DNA from: Octopus sinensis
Lineage: Eukaryota
Assembly: GCF_006345805.1 (NCBI RefSeq)
Contig: NC_043024.1
Coordinates: 12,338,001-12,402,000 of the forward strand
Length of the DNA: 64,000 bases
Direction: 5' to 3'
Shown: positions 1-13,200 of the stretch, in pieces
Position numbering within the stretch: the stretch's first letter is position 1
Layout of the letters: each line of letters opens with the position of its first letter
The notes under the pieces: model-generated
What the model was told of the DNA's origin: nothing
Databases searched by the model: none
Seen by the model: only the letters and a program-made list of their open reading frames with translations
Position numbers and translations under genes: made by a program

Positions 1-752
1 ACACCCATGCACATGTAATAACTTTTTGTGTTTTTATATATATATATATCTATATGAACTTATGTAGTATATGTATGTATACATATAATTTATATATATG
101 CATACATATTGCTATGCATGTACATATGCCTATACATGAGTATCAGCTTTTGTATACACATGCACATGTATACATGTATTCTGCATTTGTATTTGCAAAT
201 GAACATATGTATATAATTATATATACATGTGTGCACAAAGACATAAATGTGTATATAATCACACACCCGCAAACGTGTGCATGCACAGATACACATAGAT
301 ATGTATATCGATACACACACATTATACATATATCTATCTGTAACTATGTATGTATATAAAAGTTAGCAATGCACTTGTACTTATATATACATGCATATGA
401 TATGCACAAGTATATATGATTATATGTATAAATAATAGAAGGCATATATATAAATATATATTACTGTATGCTTGTGTGTGTTTATATATATACTTATACA
501 TGCATATATATATACACACACACACACATATACATACATATATTTATATGTGTGCATGTGTATATATTTACAAACACACACATATATATGCTTATATATA
601 CATATTTACATATGTATAGAAGCATGTATATATATATATATATTTGATATGTTACTACCTTATTTTGGTCCAGTAATTTTTATGGCTATCATTACTGTCT
701 TCTTTCTTAATTAGACATTTTCTTTTTTCATTATTTTCTTCTGTTTTGTTTC

Positions 753-758
753 TTTATT
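753..758 (-). promoter_or_regulatory. Candidate polyadenylation signal AATAAA
   Basis: First AATAAA on the minus strand, about 33 nt after the GALNT stop; the AT-rich context makes a chance match likely. Confidence 0.25.
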
Positions 759-790
759 TCGTCAATTTTGCTTCCATTATTTTGAAGTTG

Positions 791-946
791 TCACAAACGG
801 TTCCGGTTTGAACCTCCACTCACTGCTTTCCTCTTCCAGAACCAAATTTGTCGATCAATGCCTGTGCAGGGCTTCATTAACAGCGTCTTCCCATCCATTG
901 ATATTTCCATGCACTTCAGTGTGTTCACATGTAAAATTGTTCGATC
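791..946 (-). CDS. pgant9: GALNT terminal coding exon (lectin gamma subdomain): DRTILHVNTLKCMEISMDGKTLLMKPCTGIDRQIWFWKRKAVSGGSNRNRL*
   Basis: aaattcacag acceptor, phase 0, C..C..QIW repeat, TGA at 793-791. Confidence 0.92.
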   Translation of the reverse strand, partial: DRTILHVNTLKCMEISMDGKTLLMKPCTGIDRQIWFWKRKAVSGGSNRNRL

Positions 947-1255
947 CTGTGAATTTGAAAGAAAGCACGAATATAATACATAATAATGATATATAATAAC
1001 AATCCATTACAGTCAGAAGTGCTTCTCCTAAAAGTCTCAAGGCTTCTGGAATGCTCTGAACGTCAAGTATTGTCTGGGGATATCTCAATATAGTTGCTAA
1101 ATTAAGCTTCACGAAATTGCAATTAAATCTCCCCCAACAACACTACCAGTTTGAAAAATATATATATGTCAGTTTATGTTTCACGTTTCTTGGAAACAAA
1201 AGCATAGAAATACGTGGATTGTGTCTGTGGAGGAAAAACAAAGGAAATAATAATA

Positions 1256-2457
1256 TTGGGTTGGCAACTAAGTTCCCGCTGTTTTTTTTAAATTTTGGAA
1301 TTATTTTGAAATTTATTTTTTTTTGAGCATTCTATTTTGTTTTTTTTTCTCTAATTAATTTTTGTTTATTTTCAGATCCCTAAAATGGAATGTCAAGTTA
1401 AGAAAAACGAGCCTTTTCGACACCTCCTTCTTTTTGCTTTTAATGAAGGTTCTAAGGCCACAAAAGCTGCTCGTGACATTTGTGCTGTGCCATAGCTGAA
1501 AGAACCACTCGTGATTGATATTTCAAGTTCAAAAATAGGAACTTTTATCTCAAAGATGCACCTTGTTCTGAAGGTCCAGTTGAGTTTGATGAAGAGCAAT
1601 TAAACCAACTTTTGCACGAAAATTCTCGTCAAACGACAAGGGAACTGGCAGAGAAAATGGAATGCTCCTACACTGCTATAGAGAAGCATCTTCACTCAAT
1701 GAGAAAGGTTCAGAAGTATGGACCATGGGTTCCACATGCTTTAAGTGACAACAACAAAAATCGAGCCACAATCTCCGCTGGTTTGCTTGCTCGTCACCAC
1801 TCAACTCATGAACACAAGCAATGATTTCTTTACCGAATCGTTACTGGTGATGAAAAATGGTGCCTATACGTCAATATGAAGCAGCGTAAGGAATGTTTTA
1901 GCTCCGGTAAGCAAGCAATATCGTGTGTGAAACAAGATCTTCATCCGTGTAAAATGATGGTGGGACTGGGAAGGGATCATCCATTACGAATTGCTTGAAC
2001 GGAACCAAATGGTCAACGTGGAGCTCTGTGTTCAACAGATGGAACGACTCAACACAGCTATTCAAGAGAAAAGACCTAATCGTCAGCACAGAGTTCTTTT
2101 GCTACGCAACAATGCCCGCCCTCATATGACCAAGGAAGCCATTCAAACGCATGGCTGGGAAGTGCTGCCACATCCATTGTACTCTCCTGGTTTGGCACCA
2201 ATGAATTTCCACCTCTTTTGTTCTTTTTCTAATGCTTGAATATGATGCGGAGATATGATGCAGAATTGAGAGCTTGGTTGGATCAATTTTTTTGAGTTGA
2301 AATCAGTTGATTTCTACCAAAGAGGTGTTGAACATTGGGAAGAAGTTGTGAACAAGAGTAAATACATTATTGATTAATTAGTTAATTTTTATGAAACATT
2401 TTAAAAGATTTAAATGAAAGAAAAAAAAAAACGACGGGAACTTAGTTGCCAACCTAA
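1256..2457 (+). mobile_element. Near full-length degenerate mariner DNA transposon (~1.2 kb)
   Basis: TIRs ttgggttggcaactaagttcccg / cgggaacttagttgccaacctaa with flanking TA at 1254-55 and 2458-59. Broken transposase from ATG 1385 with WVPHAL, TGDEKW, NNARPH and YSPGLAPMNFHLF; contains stops and frameshifts. Confidence 0.93.
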
Positions 2458-2990
2458 TAGATTCTGATCTGGGCAGAAAGGATGGAGTCAGTTGATTCCA
2501 TTACTAGAGTGGCACTTTTTGACGATGAAGGGTAAAAATTCACTTCAGTAAGATTTGTAATCAGAGTGTAAATTACTGGAAAGTTTAACACCAGGGGGTT
2601 CACTGCTCTAATAATTCTGCCAACCAAAACTCGTATAATATCTAATTTTAACCCAAAGTCACTCATATTTTTGAGGGGAGGAGCTAATTGATCTCTGTAC
2701 TTAACCGGTTCTTTATTTTATTGACACTGGAAGGATGACAAGCAAAGTCGATATTGGTTGGATTTGAACTTGAAATGCATAGTGCAATAATGACGATAAA
2801 AGACATTGAGCAGATTCCAAACCAAACTTGGAAACAAGCAAACTACATTTCAATAGTTTTGACAATGGTTAAGCTGTATTACTCCTGTGTCAGCTCAGAA
2901 CAAAATGGTCAAGTTACACTTTCTCTCCCATATTTCTACAAATGGTAAGAAAGCAATTCTTTTCTAAAACCATGTATTTTATATACTCAC

Positions 2991-3119
2991 CTCTCGATAC
3001 TGCCATTCTTGGTTCCCGTGTTGACTGTGGCATGGGTATATTATAACATTTTCACCTCCTGAGTAATCTAAACAGCCATCATCACGCCGAATTTCATCAT
3101 TTTTACTTAGCATCCAGTA
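2991..3119 (-). CDS. pgant9: GALNT lectin beta-subdomain exon: YWMLSKNDEIRRDDGCLDYSGGENVIIYPCHSQHGNQEWQYRE
   Basis: tttcgttcag acceptor, G|gtgagt donor, 129 nt; CLD...PCH...GNQEW. Too short for the ORF track, so read manually. Confidence 0.95.
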
Positions 3120-3879
3120 CTGAACGAAACCAAAAACAATATTTTTAAAATATTAATTAAACACATTAATTAAACACATTAATTAAACATTAGAAAATCT
3201 GCCTCAATAAGCTTCATCTGACCCATGATGCAAGCATGGAAAAGTGGATGTTAAATGATGATTTGAAATATATGAGAGAAAGAGAGATTTTTTTATAAAA
3301 GTTTGGTGGGAAGAGTTAGTCACCCCCCAGTATGTCACTGGTATTTTATTGATCCAGAATGGATAAAAGGCAAAGATGATCTCAGCAGAATATGAAAAAA
3401 ATGGAAAACCATGACTCATGTGAGTATCTCTGGGATTGAGATTTAAAGCTAGAAACAGAGTTTGTTGGCTGCTGAAGATCAAGCTCTGGTTCAGCAAGCA
3501 AGGTCCTTAAATGGGACCTTAAATGAGGGTTCCCTTTACTTTAAGCAATTGGAAAATACTGATCATATTGTTTCAAAATGTTAGAAAGAATACAAGAGAC
3601 TTCATGATAAGATTTGTCTCAGGTCACTTTGGAAATATATATTGGTTTCCAATTTTGGCACAAAGCCAGCAATTTCGGTGGTGGTTGTTGATCACATCAG
3701 ACCTAGAGCGCAACTGGTACCTATTTTATTGATCCTGAAAGGAGGAAAAGCAAAGATAACCGTGGTGCTATTTGAACTCAAACTGTAAAAAAGTAATAAT
3801 CTTTTCTACTATCTGCACAAGGCATGAAATTTTGTGGGAGGGGACAACCCTTCCATGGCAAATACAGAGATAAACTAAA

Positions 3880-4570
3880 CAGAAAAGAAACGGACAAAGT
3901 AAAATCCTGAAAATGGTTGAGAAACTCAGGACTCAAAGCAGAGACTGAAGGGTTTTTAATTACAATATTAAAGCCTCCCCACCAGAAACTCAAAATGAAG
4001 CAAAATATAAGTAACTGCAGAATATGTGGTGATGAGGAAGAGACAATAAATCATGTTGTCTTTGGCTGTTCCAGTCCTGGCTAAGAAGGAATATATCCAC
4101 AGACACGACAGAGTTGGGACCAATATACACTGGAAGATATGCCAACACTATGGAATGATGACAGAAAAAAAGATGGTGTAAGCATATCTCAGAAACGGTC
4201 AAAGAAAATGACAAAGCAACCATATTGTAGGATATGCCAATACACACAAAAATCAAGGCTAATAGACTGGATATGGTTGTCGGAGATCATCAAGGAAAAA
4301 AATGCCTTTTAATTGATGTATGAATCCCAAAAGGTCTCTGAAAGAAACAGAAACTCTTGAAATACAAAGATATAGAAATAGAGATAACCCGAATGTGGAG
4401 TCTAAAAATAGAAACAATCCCTATAATAATGGGGGCATTAAGGAATGATTGAAAAACACACCTAAAAAACACACATAACCAAAACACCAGAACTTACAGC
4501 AGTATATATAACATCCAGAAAATAGCATTACTAGGCACTGTGTACATTCTAGATAAAGCATTTTCAAAAG
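3880..4570 (+). mobile_element. 3' fragment of an R4/Dong-like non-LTR retrotransposon (CCHC knuckle and restriction-like endonuclease)
   Basis: WLRNSGLKAETEGFLI, CRICGDEEETINHV, KKEYIHRHDRVG..IHWKIC; frameshifted. Confidence 0.8.
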
Positions 4571-4898
4571 AGTGGAAGTAACAATATCAAAAGAAAACTG
4601 TGGTGCATTTGGTAATCTGCTTTTATCCGCTTTTATTGCTTTTATCCGTGTTTGAGGACCGATAAGAGCAATGTATTGATGGAGGCAAACTTGACTGGAT
4701 TTGCAGTCTTTGCCACATCTAGGGGCAGCACCACCTTCAGTTTGGCTCTTTGAAGCCGCTTTTGCTGCAGCCTGACCTTAGTGCAAACAAGCAGATAGCA
4801 AACTGCACTGAGTCATGTCCTTCCCAAACGCATAAATAATTAAAAATCTAACGAATGCAGCTAAATACCAATTAATGAATGTTCAAGATTCTACATAC

Positions 4899-5003
4899 CT
4901 GGTTTCCTCCCTGATTATGGCACGGCCACATAATAACTGGTTTGTGCATGTTCTGGTGATCCACAGAGGCATCAACACACATGGCTTTCTGTTTGTTTCG
5001 GAT
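4899..5003 (-). CDS. pgant9: GALNT lectin alpha-subdomain exon: IRNKQKAMCVDASVDHQNMHKPVIMWPCHNQGGNQ
   Basis: ttcag acceptor, G|gtatgt donor, 105 nt; CxD...PCH..GGNQ ricin-B repeat. Confidence 0.94.
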
Positions 5004-7547
5004 CTGAACAGTTTGGAAATGAATAAAGAAATAAATATTACAACAAAAACAAAAACAAACAATTTTGTCCAAAACAATGACAAGAATATACAATGGATTG
5101 CTGGTGTCATGGAAAAGAGTTTAATAGATGACAAAAGGGAGATTGTGAGGCAAAAAGATGATGGTGAAAGATGTTTCCAGCAGAAATGAAATGTTGTTTG
5201 TAGAAAGATTGTGGAGAGGAAAGCAGAAAATTCTTCATTTTGGATGAAGTTGATAGTAAAAGAAACAAAGAAAATAAAATGGTTGCTGCATTTATATATA
5301 CATGTATATACACAAATGAATAATAACGGATGGTGGCTAATTATCAGCTCATTACAGCTGTTTCTTATGCACACCTGAGCCAATTCTTTCCCAATTCCAC
5401 AAAGCAGGTAATCCATATACCTGCATACAGTTAAATAATATAAGGAACACGCTGTCCAAACCTCTTACACAAGACTATTGTTTAGAGTTACAATAGCTGA
5501 TTCTAATAATGGTGATTATAATATCTAATTAGTTATCAACACCACCGATATAACATTCCAACAAAATACAATCAACATAACATGAGCTTTGGACCAGCCC
5601 CCAGGTGCTAAACATTCATAGGGTTGGTGTTCTCTGTGTACACAACTGGAATATCCTATTTTCAAATATTTGAATCCTTATTATTTTATATATAATTAAT
5701 CCCCCAAAAAGGAAGAAAAAAACATGAGTACGTGGCACATGCAAAGTATTAACAGATGTTCAGGGAAGGAAAGAAAGGGTGTTTTACGTTTGAAGCAAAG
5801 CTCTTCAGAAACAGGAGACGGAAGAAAGTCCAAGAGAAAAGGAAGACGGAGGAAAGAAAATTGCCAACAATTCACATGTAGTTACACACTACACATACAA
5901 ACATATATATACACACATATATATAGAGAGAGAGATTTGAAAGAAATATATACACTTAGATGCATATATACACATCAGAAAATGTGCACACATACACATG
6001 CAGATGAGCAGTTGATGTTCAGCCCTTGGTCATCCCTGATCACATGATGTAAGGATGATTTAGCTGCTATTTCTAACAATTTCATTACATAGAGAACAAG
6101 TTGTAAAAAATTGCACCAATAAACGGTGAAATATCTTTTGTTCTGAGTTGTTAATAACCTCATAATTGCACAGAGATATATTCAGAGTAGTTTTGTCCTC
6201 ATCTGGGTTGCTTTATCCCAACCATTGTATCTTTAGACACTATTTAGGTGTCTATCAAATTTGGTGACGTTCTTGAAGCAACAACAAGATTCCTCTAATA
6301 GATTTCATAAAGGGTTTGATTTGCAATTCTTAAAACATTATTGAAAATGACAAGTGCCTGGGAATTCTGAAGGTTTCAACAGCTGAATCTTGTAAGCAAA
6401 ACAATGAAGATTAAGACATTAGTCTGAAGACAGCATCGTATGATAAGGAGAATTGCTGATGAGTTGGTGTTAACACTCCCCATACCATAGACACACATAG
6501 ACATCTCTTATAAACACATATACACACTACTGAATTTTCATAGCTATAGATAAGAGATGCTTATCTGCATCTGCAGTATTGATGGTGTTAATATGATAAT
6601 TGGCCATTAGAGATGAAATATGTTTAATATTTACATTACAATGTTTCCCCCAGATCAATATTTCTAGAACATAATAAACATATGTAGGTGCATTACCCCG
6701 CTTGACAGCAGGTAAACAAGCTGGCTATACAGAGATAGAAGGCGTTGCACAACATTAAGGTTCAGACACGTGACCTTATCTCTTCCTCTTTCTGCTCTGG
6801 GACCTCAAACTGTAAAGATGTGATCTAGCTTCTCTTAACAGCCACCAGCAAGCAGATAGGAGCATAGCACAGGAGACCATAGCCTTTTACACAAACCATT
6901 CTATTTATCATTCCATTGTGTATAAACGTGTGTGTGTGGCCACAATAAACATGTTTCAGTTGCAACCTTGCTTGTATATGTCTTTCATCCATGTTTACTA
7001 CCAGCGAAATTACAGCTTTCTGAGAGTCAGGGTTTGGTGGCTCAATAATGACCTGAACCATTTAAAACTTACAACAATGTAAGAACAAGAAACTTGACAT
7101 TGTTTGGATATGAAACTGACTGCAATGTCATAAATTGAAAGAATGGAAAAGACACAGTAAACTGCCCAAATTGCAGTTCAAGCAATTTGTGTAGAAAACA
7201 CCATAACTAAGGTTAAACACAAAGTAACCGAAAGTAGAGGAGGAATAGCTGACAGTTTCATGGATAGCATCTCTAAGGTTGGTGTTAGACTGAGTCCAGG
7301 TTGTAAAGTGGTTGGTGACAGGAAGAGAATGCAACCCTCACAGCCAGGCAAAAATAAATAAAGAAAATATGCCTAACACTAAAGATGAGTGGTGTATTCT
7401 ACAACTGAGGATAAATGACCATGATCATTGACAGAAGAAACAGAGAGACTTGTCCAACCCATGTCAACAGGTAAAATTATGATAATGTTAACAATCCAGG
7501 TAATTATAACTCTAATGTAACAGAAATTTTATGACATAATGACTTAC

Positions 7548-7676
7548 CTCTCCCGACGCTAATGCTTCGCCAGGTATAAAAAGATCAGGATAGACATTCT
7601 TTATATACCAGTCGAATGAATGACATTTTAAACGTTCACGTAATTTTTTCCTGTCTGTGACATCACCAAAATCTCC
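7548..7676 (-). CDS. pgant9: GALNT constitutive exon: [43 protein letters not shown] (end of catalytic domain and linker)
   Basis: ttttag acceptor, G|gtaagt donor, 129 nt, phase 0-0. Confidence 0.95.
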
Positions 7677-7727
7677 CTAAAACACAAAGTGAAAATATGT
7701 AAATGTAATTAGATACATTATATATAT

Positions 7728-7872
7728 GAGTGGTTGGCATTAGGAAGGACATCCAGCTGTAGAAATGCTGCCAGATCAGATTGGGGCCTGGTGCAGCTTC
7801 CTGGCTTCCCAGACTCCAGTCAAACCGTCCAACTCATGCTAGTATGGAAAACAGACGTTAAATGATGATGAT
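7728..7872 (+). repeat. Dispersed repeat ending in a (GAT)n tail (RTE-3'-end/SINE-like family)
   Basis: gagtggttggcattaggaaggacatccagctgtagaaa...gacgttaaatgatgatgat; related copies near 8366, 8745, 28700, 40100, 55280 and 62040. Confidence 0.75.
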
Positions 7873-8365
7873 ACATACACACACACACTCCAGGCTCACG
7901 AGGCTGGAGCTTAGTAGGGTCTCCAAGGTATTTAGGTGACTGAGAGTACAAGAACTGACCCCATTCCTTTATAGAGAATGAAGTGCTTTGCTCAAGAAAA
8001 TACACTTCCTAATCCTGCAATCAAATTCATGGCAGAGTGATCATAATTTTAATATCCTAAACACATACCAACAAAAATGATCTTAATAAATGATATGAAG
8101 TGCTCAATATATGAATATAAAACTCGTTATTAACTGGTATGCATGAAATACAAATCACAGGATCTTAATAGATTCAAGTTTATCAACAACCATCAGTAGA
8201 AGCGAAAATTCATTGACTAAAAGAAAAGTTGTTCAAAAATGTTTCCAACAAATCAGGACACAACTGTTTCTTGTGCCATTTCACTTTGACAGATTTTCAG
8301 CTGAGTGGAATTATTTCATGGAAAATTTCAAAAGATTTATTACTGCTGCTGCATGTTATATATAT

Positions 8366-8520
8366 ATCATCATCATCGTTTAACGTCCGCTTTCCATGCT
8401 AGCATGGGTTGGACGGTTCAACTGGGGTCTGGCAAGCCCGAAGGCTGCACCAGGCCAGTCAGATCTGGCAGTGTTTCTACAGCTGGATGCCCTTCCTAAC
8501 GCCAACCACTCCGAGAGTGT

Positions 8521-8521
<1 letters not shown>
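8366..8521 (-). repeat. Same (GAT)n-tailed repeat family in the opposite orientation
   Basis: catcatcatcgtttaacgtccgctttccatgctagcatgggttggacgg...ctggatgcccttcctaacgccaaccactc. Confidence 0.75.
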
Positions 8522-8559
<38 letters not shown>

Positions 8560-8966
8560 ATACATGTATTCTGATATATATGTGTTCTCCCATATTTATG
8601 TATAGGTACAGGTGTGAACATGTGGGAAGAGGTTTCATTTCCAGCTACATGGTGTCAGACTCAGTGCCAGGGAAGACCAAAGCCTTGTGAGAGGATTTGA
8701 TCGATGGAAACTGAAAGAAGCACTCATTGTATGTATATATATCCTCATCATCATTTAACGTCTGTTGTCCATGCTGGCATGGTTTTCTATGGCTGGATGC
8801 CCTTCCTAACGCCAACCACTCCAAGAGTGTAATGGATGCTTTTACAATGCCACCAGCATGGGAACCACTTGTGTGACACTGGTATCTGCCATGACTGTGA
8901 TTTTGCTTGGCTTGAAGGGTCTTCTTCTCAAGCATGACATAATGCCAAAGATCTTGGTCATTGCCT

Positions 8967-9036
<70 letters not shown>

Positions 9037-9513
9037 CCGAAAAGAGATCTTCTTGACTACACAACCCAACCAGCATGTATGGAATATTTCATAGCTATAA
9101 GGACAAGGCAGTGTTAAGACGTTTTGCTTTGTATCTGTGTGGTTTCAGGTTTGATCCTGCTGAGTGCCAACATGTGAAAGCATCTTCAACGATAGCTTTG
9201 AGTTGACCAATGTCTTGTGAGTGGAACTGGTGAACAGAAACAATGTGGAAGCCCATTGTGTGTTGTATTTGTCTCTACATGTCTTGGCAGTGACGATGTT
9301 TATATCTCACATGAATCAAAAGTCTTTTATTTTGGTCTTTTGTGTGAAATAAAGCGTTTTACTTGTAACGCAAGTGAGGAAAGCATCTGGTTATAAAAAA
9401 CATTGCCTGAGCAAGAAAAAGCAGATGTAAAATCAAGGATATATAACACTATGTGATGCAATAATAATAATAATAATAATAATAATGATAAAACAATATA
9501 TATTGTAACTCAC

Positions 9514-9699
9514 CAAATCATAATTAAAACGTTCATAATAATAATTTTTATATTCATCCATCCATACTTCTGCTAATCGTACTGAATTCTTTTTTACAAC
9601 ATTTACACCTGTACGCCACTTGTATGGGCTTCTTTTTCGGAATATATGTCCTACATGTGAACAGGGGATTATTTCTAATGTACCACCACACATCCATAT
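9514..9699 (-). CDS. pgant9: GALNT constitutive exon: [62 protein letters not shown]
   Basis: ttcttccacag acceptor, G|gtgagt donor, 186 nt, phase 0-0; CSHVGH and the flexible-loop region. Confidence 0.96.
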
Positions 9700-12118
9700 C
9701 TGTGGAAGAATAAAAACAAAATTTAGAACAATGTTTAAAAAACAAAAATTTCAAAAATATATTACACATTTCCTTTTTATATATTTAGGTTTTATACATT
9801 GTAGTGCAAAGTGTATCCGAGTCATACAGAAAAAGGGACGCCCACTTTGAAAGCTGCTTTGTAGACTCAAAAAAGGCCACAATTCTACAAAACAGAACTT
9901 TTCAGTCTCTCTGCAGACAATCTCTCTTGTGCCGGTAGCACGACCAAGTGCATCTTGTACCATAATGTGAAATGATTACTGATAAGAATGGTAGCCAACC
10001 ACAGAAATTGCTAAATAAAAAAAAATAGGTACAAATGAGATGTGGACTTTACAAGTTACGTAACAGGTTACCCATTTATGAGACGTGATTCTGAAAACGA
10101 AATCATGGAGGACGGCAGTAGAGCTTCAGTCGTTTGTCATGGGACAGTCTTGATATTACAGGTGACACAATAAAACCCATCCTTTACATTGTAAGACAAA
10201 CATAACACTAAAGTTGGTAAGACTAGAGAGAAGCAGTTAGCTGTCAGGGGCTGCCTCATCCAAATTGGATGTTACCCCATACAGACTTCAGTTGAAATCA
10301 TTCCTAAATTTTACAAAAAGATCAAAGTCAGCAGCATTTTTTGTTTAATGATGTAGGCTGCATCCTTATACATCACAACTTAATAACCTTTACGACAACC
10401 CCACAAACTAGAATCCAAGCTTCAACGAAACAGCAAACTTAACTATTACTTACCTGGTTTTACCATACAGCTATATTTATTAAATATACATCTGCATCTA
10501 TGTACATTTGATACTGATTATAAAGCAAATTGTGATAACAATGGAAATGATGATAAAATTTTGATGAATAAACTTTGAGATTCAATATGGTGGCACTTAG
10601 GGAGCTAATGATAATAGCAATTATAATTAAAACCATAATAATAATAATAATCTTTTCGACAATGATTCTGAAGGACAATATAATGGTTTGATCACTCATG
10701 TTGCGGGAACCTTATCATTACTGGACCTTTCTTTGTAGGGGAACACTGTCTGTAGAATAACTAAATCAAACTCATGACCTTTGATATTTATTGATGGACA
10801 TAATATATTTGGTGTTGGCTTTTTACAATGAAAACATAATAATTTCCAACTGGGAGGAGAGGAAAACCATGCAGCATCTACAGAAGCCACTTATTAGACA
10901 TTGAGTGAATGTTCAGAATCAGTCTGTTTGAACAAAAGTTTGAAGCTGTCTGCTCGAGGGCTGGAGGAGGTGAGTGAATCAGTTGGTTACTCTCAGTATT
11001 TCTGGCTGGTGAATAGCACCAGTTGGTTTAGATGGGACAACAAGATGGTAAATTCTAGAACCTCTAAGAAGGCCATATAATCCTTTCTACTACAGAGACA
11101 TAGCTGAGAATTTGCGAGAAGGGGAACAGTCGATCATATTGACTCAACTGGTACTCAACTGGTACTTGATTTATCGACCTCAAAAGGATGAAAGGCAAAG
11201 CTGAGCAAACGATACAATGTCAGAGCTTCACACTGATTGGTTTGTTGATGAATCACAGGGAACTGGAGGCTCATTCAAGGGGCCTGATTGAGTGGTTGGG
11301 GGTTCACATCCCTGCTATGACAACAATGAAGCTAAGATGGCAGGAAGAGATGATAAAGAAAAGGATGAAGACTCTCTCTGCCTCTCTCTTTCATGCATGC
11401 ACATACACACACACACAAATGCAGGTGTGTCATGAACTCATACATTGCACCAGAATAATCTTTTTTTGAAACTTAAACATTTTAAACTGTTGACAAAAAG
11501 GAATAAATTAAAAATTAAGAAATAAATTTACATAAAAACAAACAGGTTAAAAAGAAGAATTTATTATTATCATCAGCACAGCTATGTTACTAAAGTGTGG
11601 ATGTTCAGTCCTGTGTACCATATAATTGCCACTAGTTCCAGACCATTACTGAAGACTATATATTCATGTTAAATACATTTGTAAATTCCCCTCCTGGGTC
11701 TCACCACAGACTGTTTTCAATTCACACATACTTTATTCCCGGGAATGAATTCTCTTAATTCACCTTTTGGTTTAACACTTCAATTGTAAATGAGGACCTG
11801 CTGAAAACCAGGTTTTTGGATTCATACAAGTCAAATTGCTGGTAACAGTCTCAGCTAATTTGTATGCCAACCTTTTCTTCATATACTTAAAGGCCTCACT
11901 TAAAGTTGAGCGTTTAGATTCATTTGGAAAAAAAAAAAGATTTGATTATTTAAGTTAATATTTGATAATTCTGCTTAATATTCTGAAATCCAAAAAGCAG
12001 TGACAGAAGCCAACCATGTCATCACATCAGTAAAAAACAGACAAACAAAATAAAATAAAAAAAAGTAACGGCAGTGAAGAGAAAGGAAAAAAGAGGAATT
12101 TTTTTAGAGTTTACTTAC

Positions 12119-12236
12119 CCTAAATGAAAGTTCTAGGTTCTCACCACCCCAAATATCCATTCCAGCATCATACGTTCCAAGCTCTGTGAAATAGGCACGA
12201 CTAATAGCAAATAGGCCACCTGCCATGGTAGGAGAT
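12119..12236 (-). CDS. pgant9: GALNT constitutive exon: [39 protein letters not shown] (Gal/GalNAc-T motif)
   Basis: acag acceptor, G|gtaagt donor, 118 nt, phase 2-0; its first base completes AG+A (Arg) or AA+A (Lys) from any B variant. Confidence 0.96.
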
Positions 12237-12613
12237 CTGTTCGGATATGCAATATGGTAAATATATATATAAGAATATATTTGTATGTATGTATAATAAA
12301 CACATTTATTGGTTTACATATGCGTAGAATTAGTCTTGACTTTGATATAGAGTCTCTGTTGAATTAAAATCATCTTTAGGTGTGTGCTTTTGAAATGATT
12401 TTAACTCAATACAGATTATATATTAAAGTCAAGACTAAGTCTAATGCATCAAAGTCCCATGATGGCTTCACTGACCAAAACTTCAAAGTCACTGTCAACA
12501 ACATTCTTGTATTAAAATAATAAATTAGTTCTCTACAAAAATGTATAGAGTAGCTCGTCAGATTAATGTAAAATTGCTTATATTATAATTGAATATAAAA
12601 AAAACAAACATTA

Positions 12614-12652
<39 letters not shown>

Positions 12653-13009
12653 ATAAATAAAAACACATTTATTGGTATATATAGATATATATAGGCATAT
12701 ATACACATATGTATATACATATTACATAATATATATACATTGCATTTACACATTACATAATATATATATATATATATATAAATGTATATATATATTGCAT
12801 ATACATATAATTGTATGAATATGCATGCATACATTATTATCCACATATATGGGTACATAAATATGCATACATGACTATATAGATCTCTATATATGGAGAA
12901 GTAATATTCATTGCCACCTAAATGGAATGTTTATAAGAATAGATGATACTACTATTTTAACCGCAGGAGGACACCTCTCCCAGCACTTTGCACTTGATAT
13001 ATATTTGTT

Positions 13010-13200
13010 TCTACTCGAGCACAAGGCTCGAAATTTTGGGGGAAGGGGCTAGTCAATTAGATCAACTCCAGTACGTAACAGGTACTTAATTTATCGACCC
13101 CGAAAAGATAAAAGGCAAAGTTGATCTCGGTGGAATTTGAACTTAGAATGTAAAGACAGATGAAATACCGCTAAGCATTTCACCCAGCTCACCACCTTAA
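13010..13200 (-). mobile_element. tRNA-derived SINE with a Meta-like central domain
   Basis: Minus strand reads ...TTCAAATTCCACCGAG...CTTTGCCTTTTATCTTTTCGGGGTCGATAAATTAAGTACC...; many further copies in the window. Confidence 0.75.

Noticed and set aside
5004-7547. Searched for alternative lectin-alpha exons, as in Drosophila PGANT9A/B. Weak Cys-containing minus-strand frames: SCVRGLDSVFLILFNCMQ (~5421-5474), SCVHREHQPYECLAPGGW (~5590-5650) and EIRSRV*..LFTCCQAG (~6695-6785).
   Set aside because: None has the CxD...CH..GGNQ pattern together with proper length and both splice sites; some contain stops. An HMM scan with ricin-B profiles would settle it.
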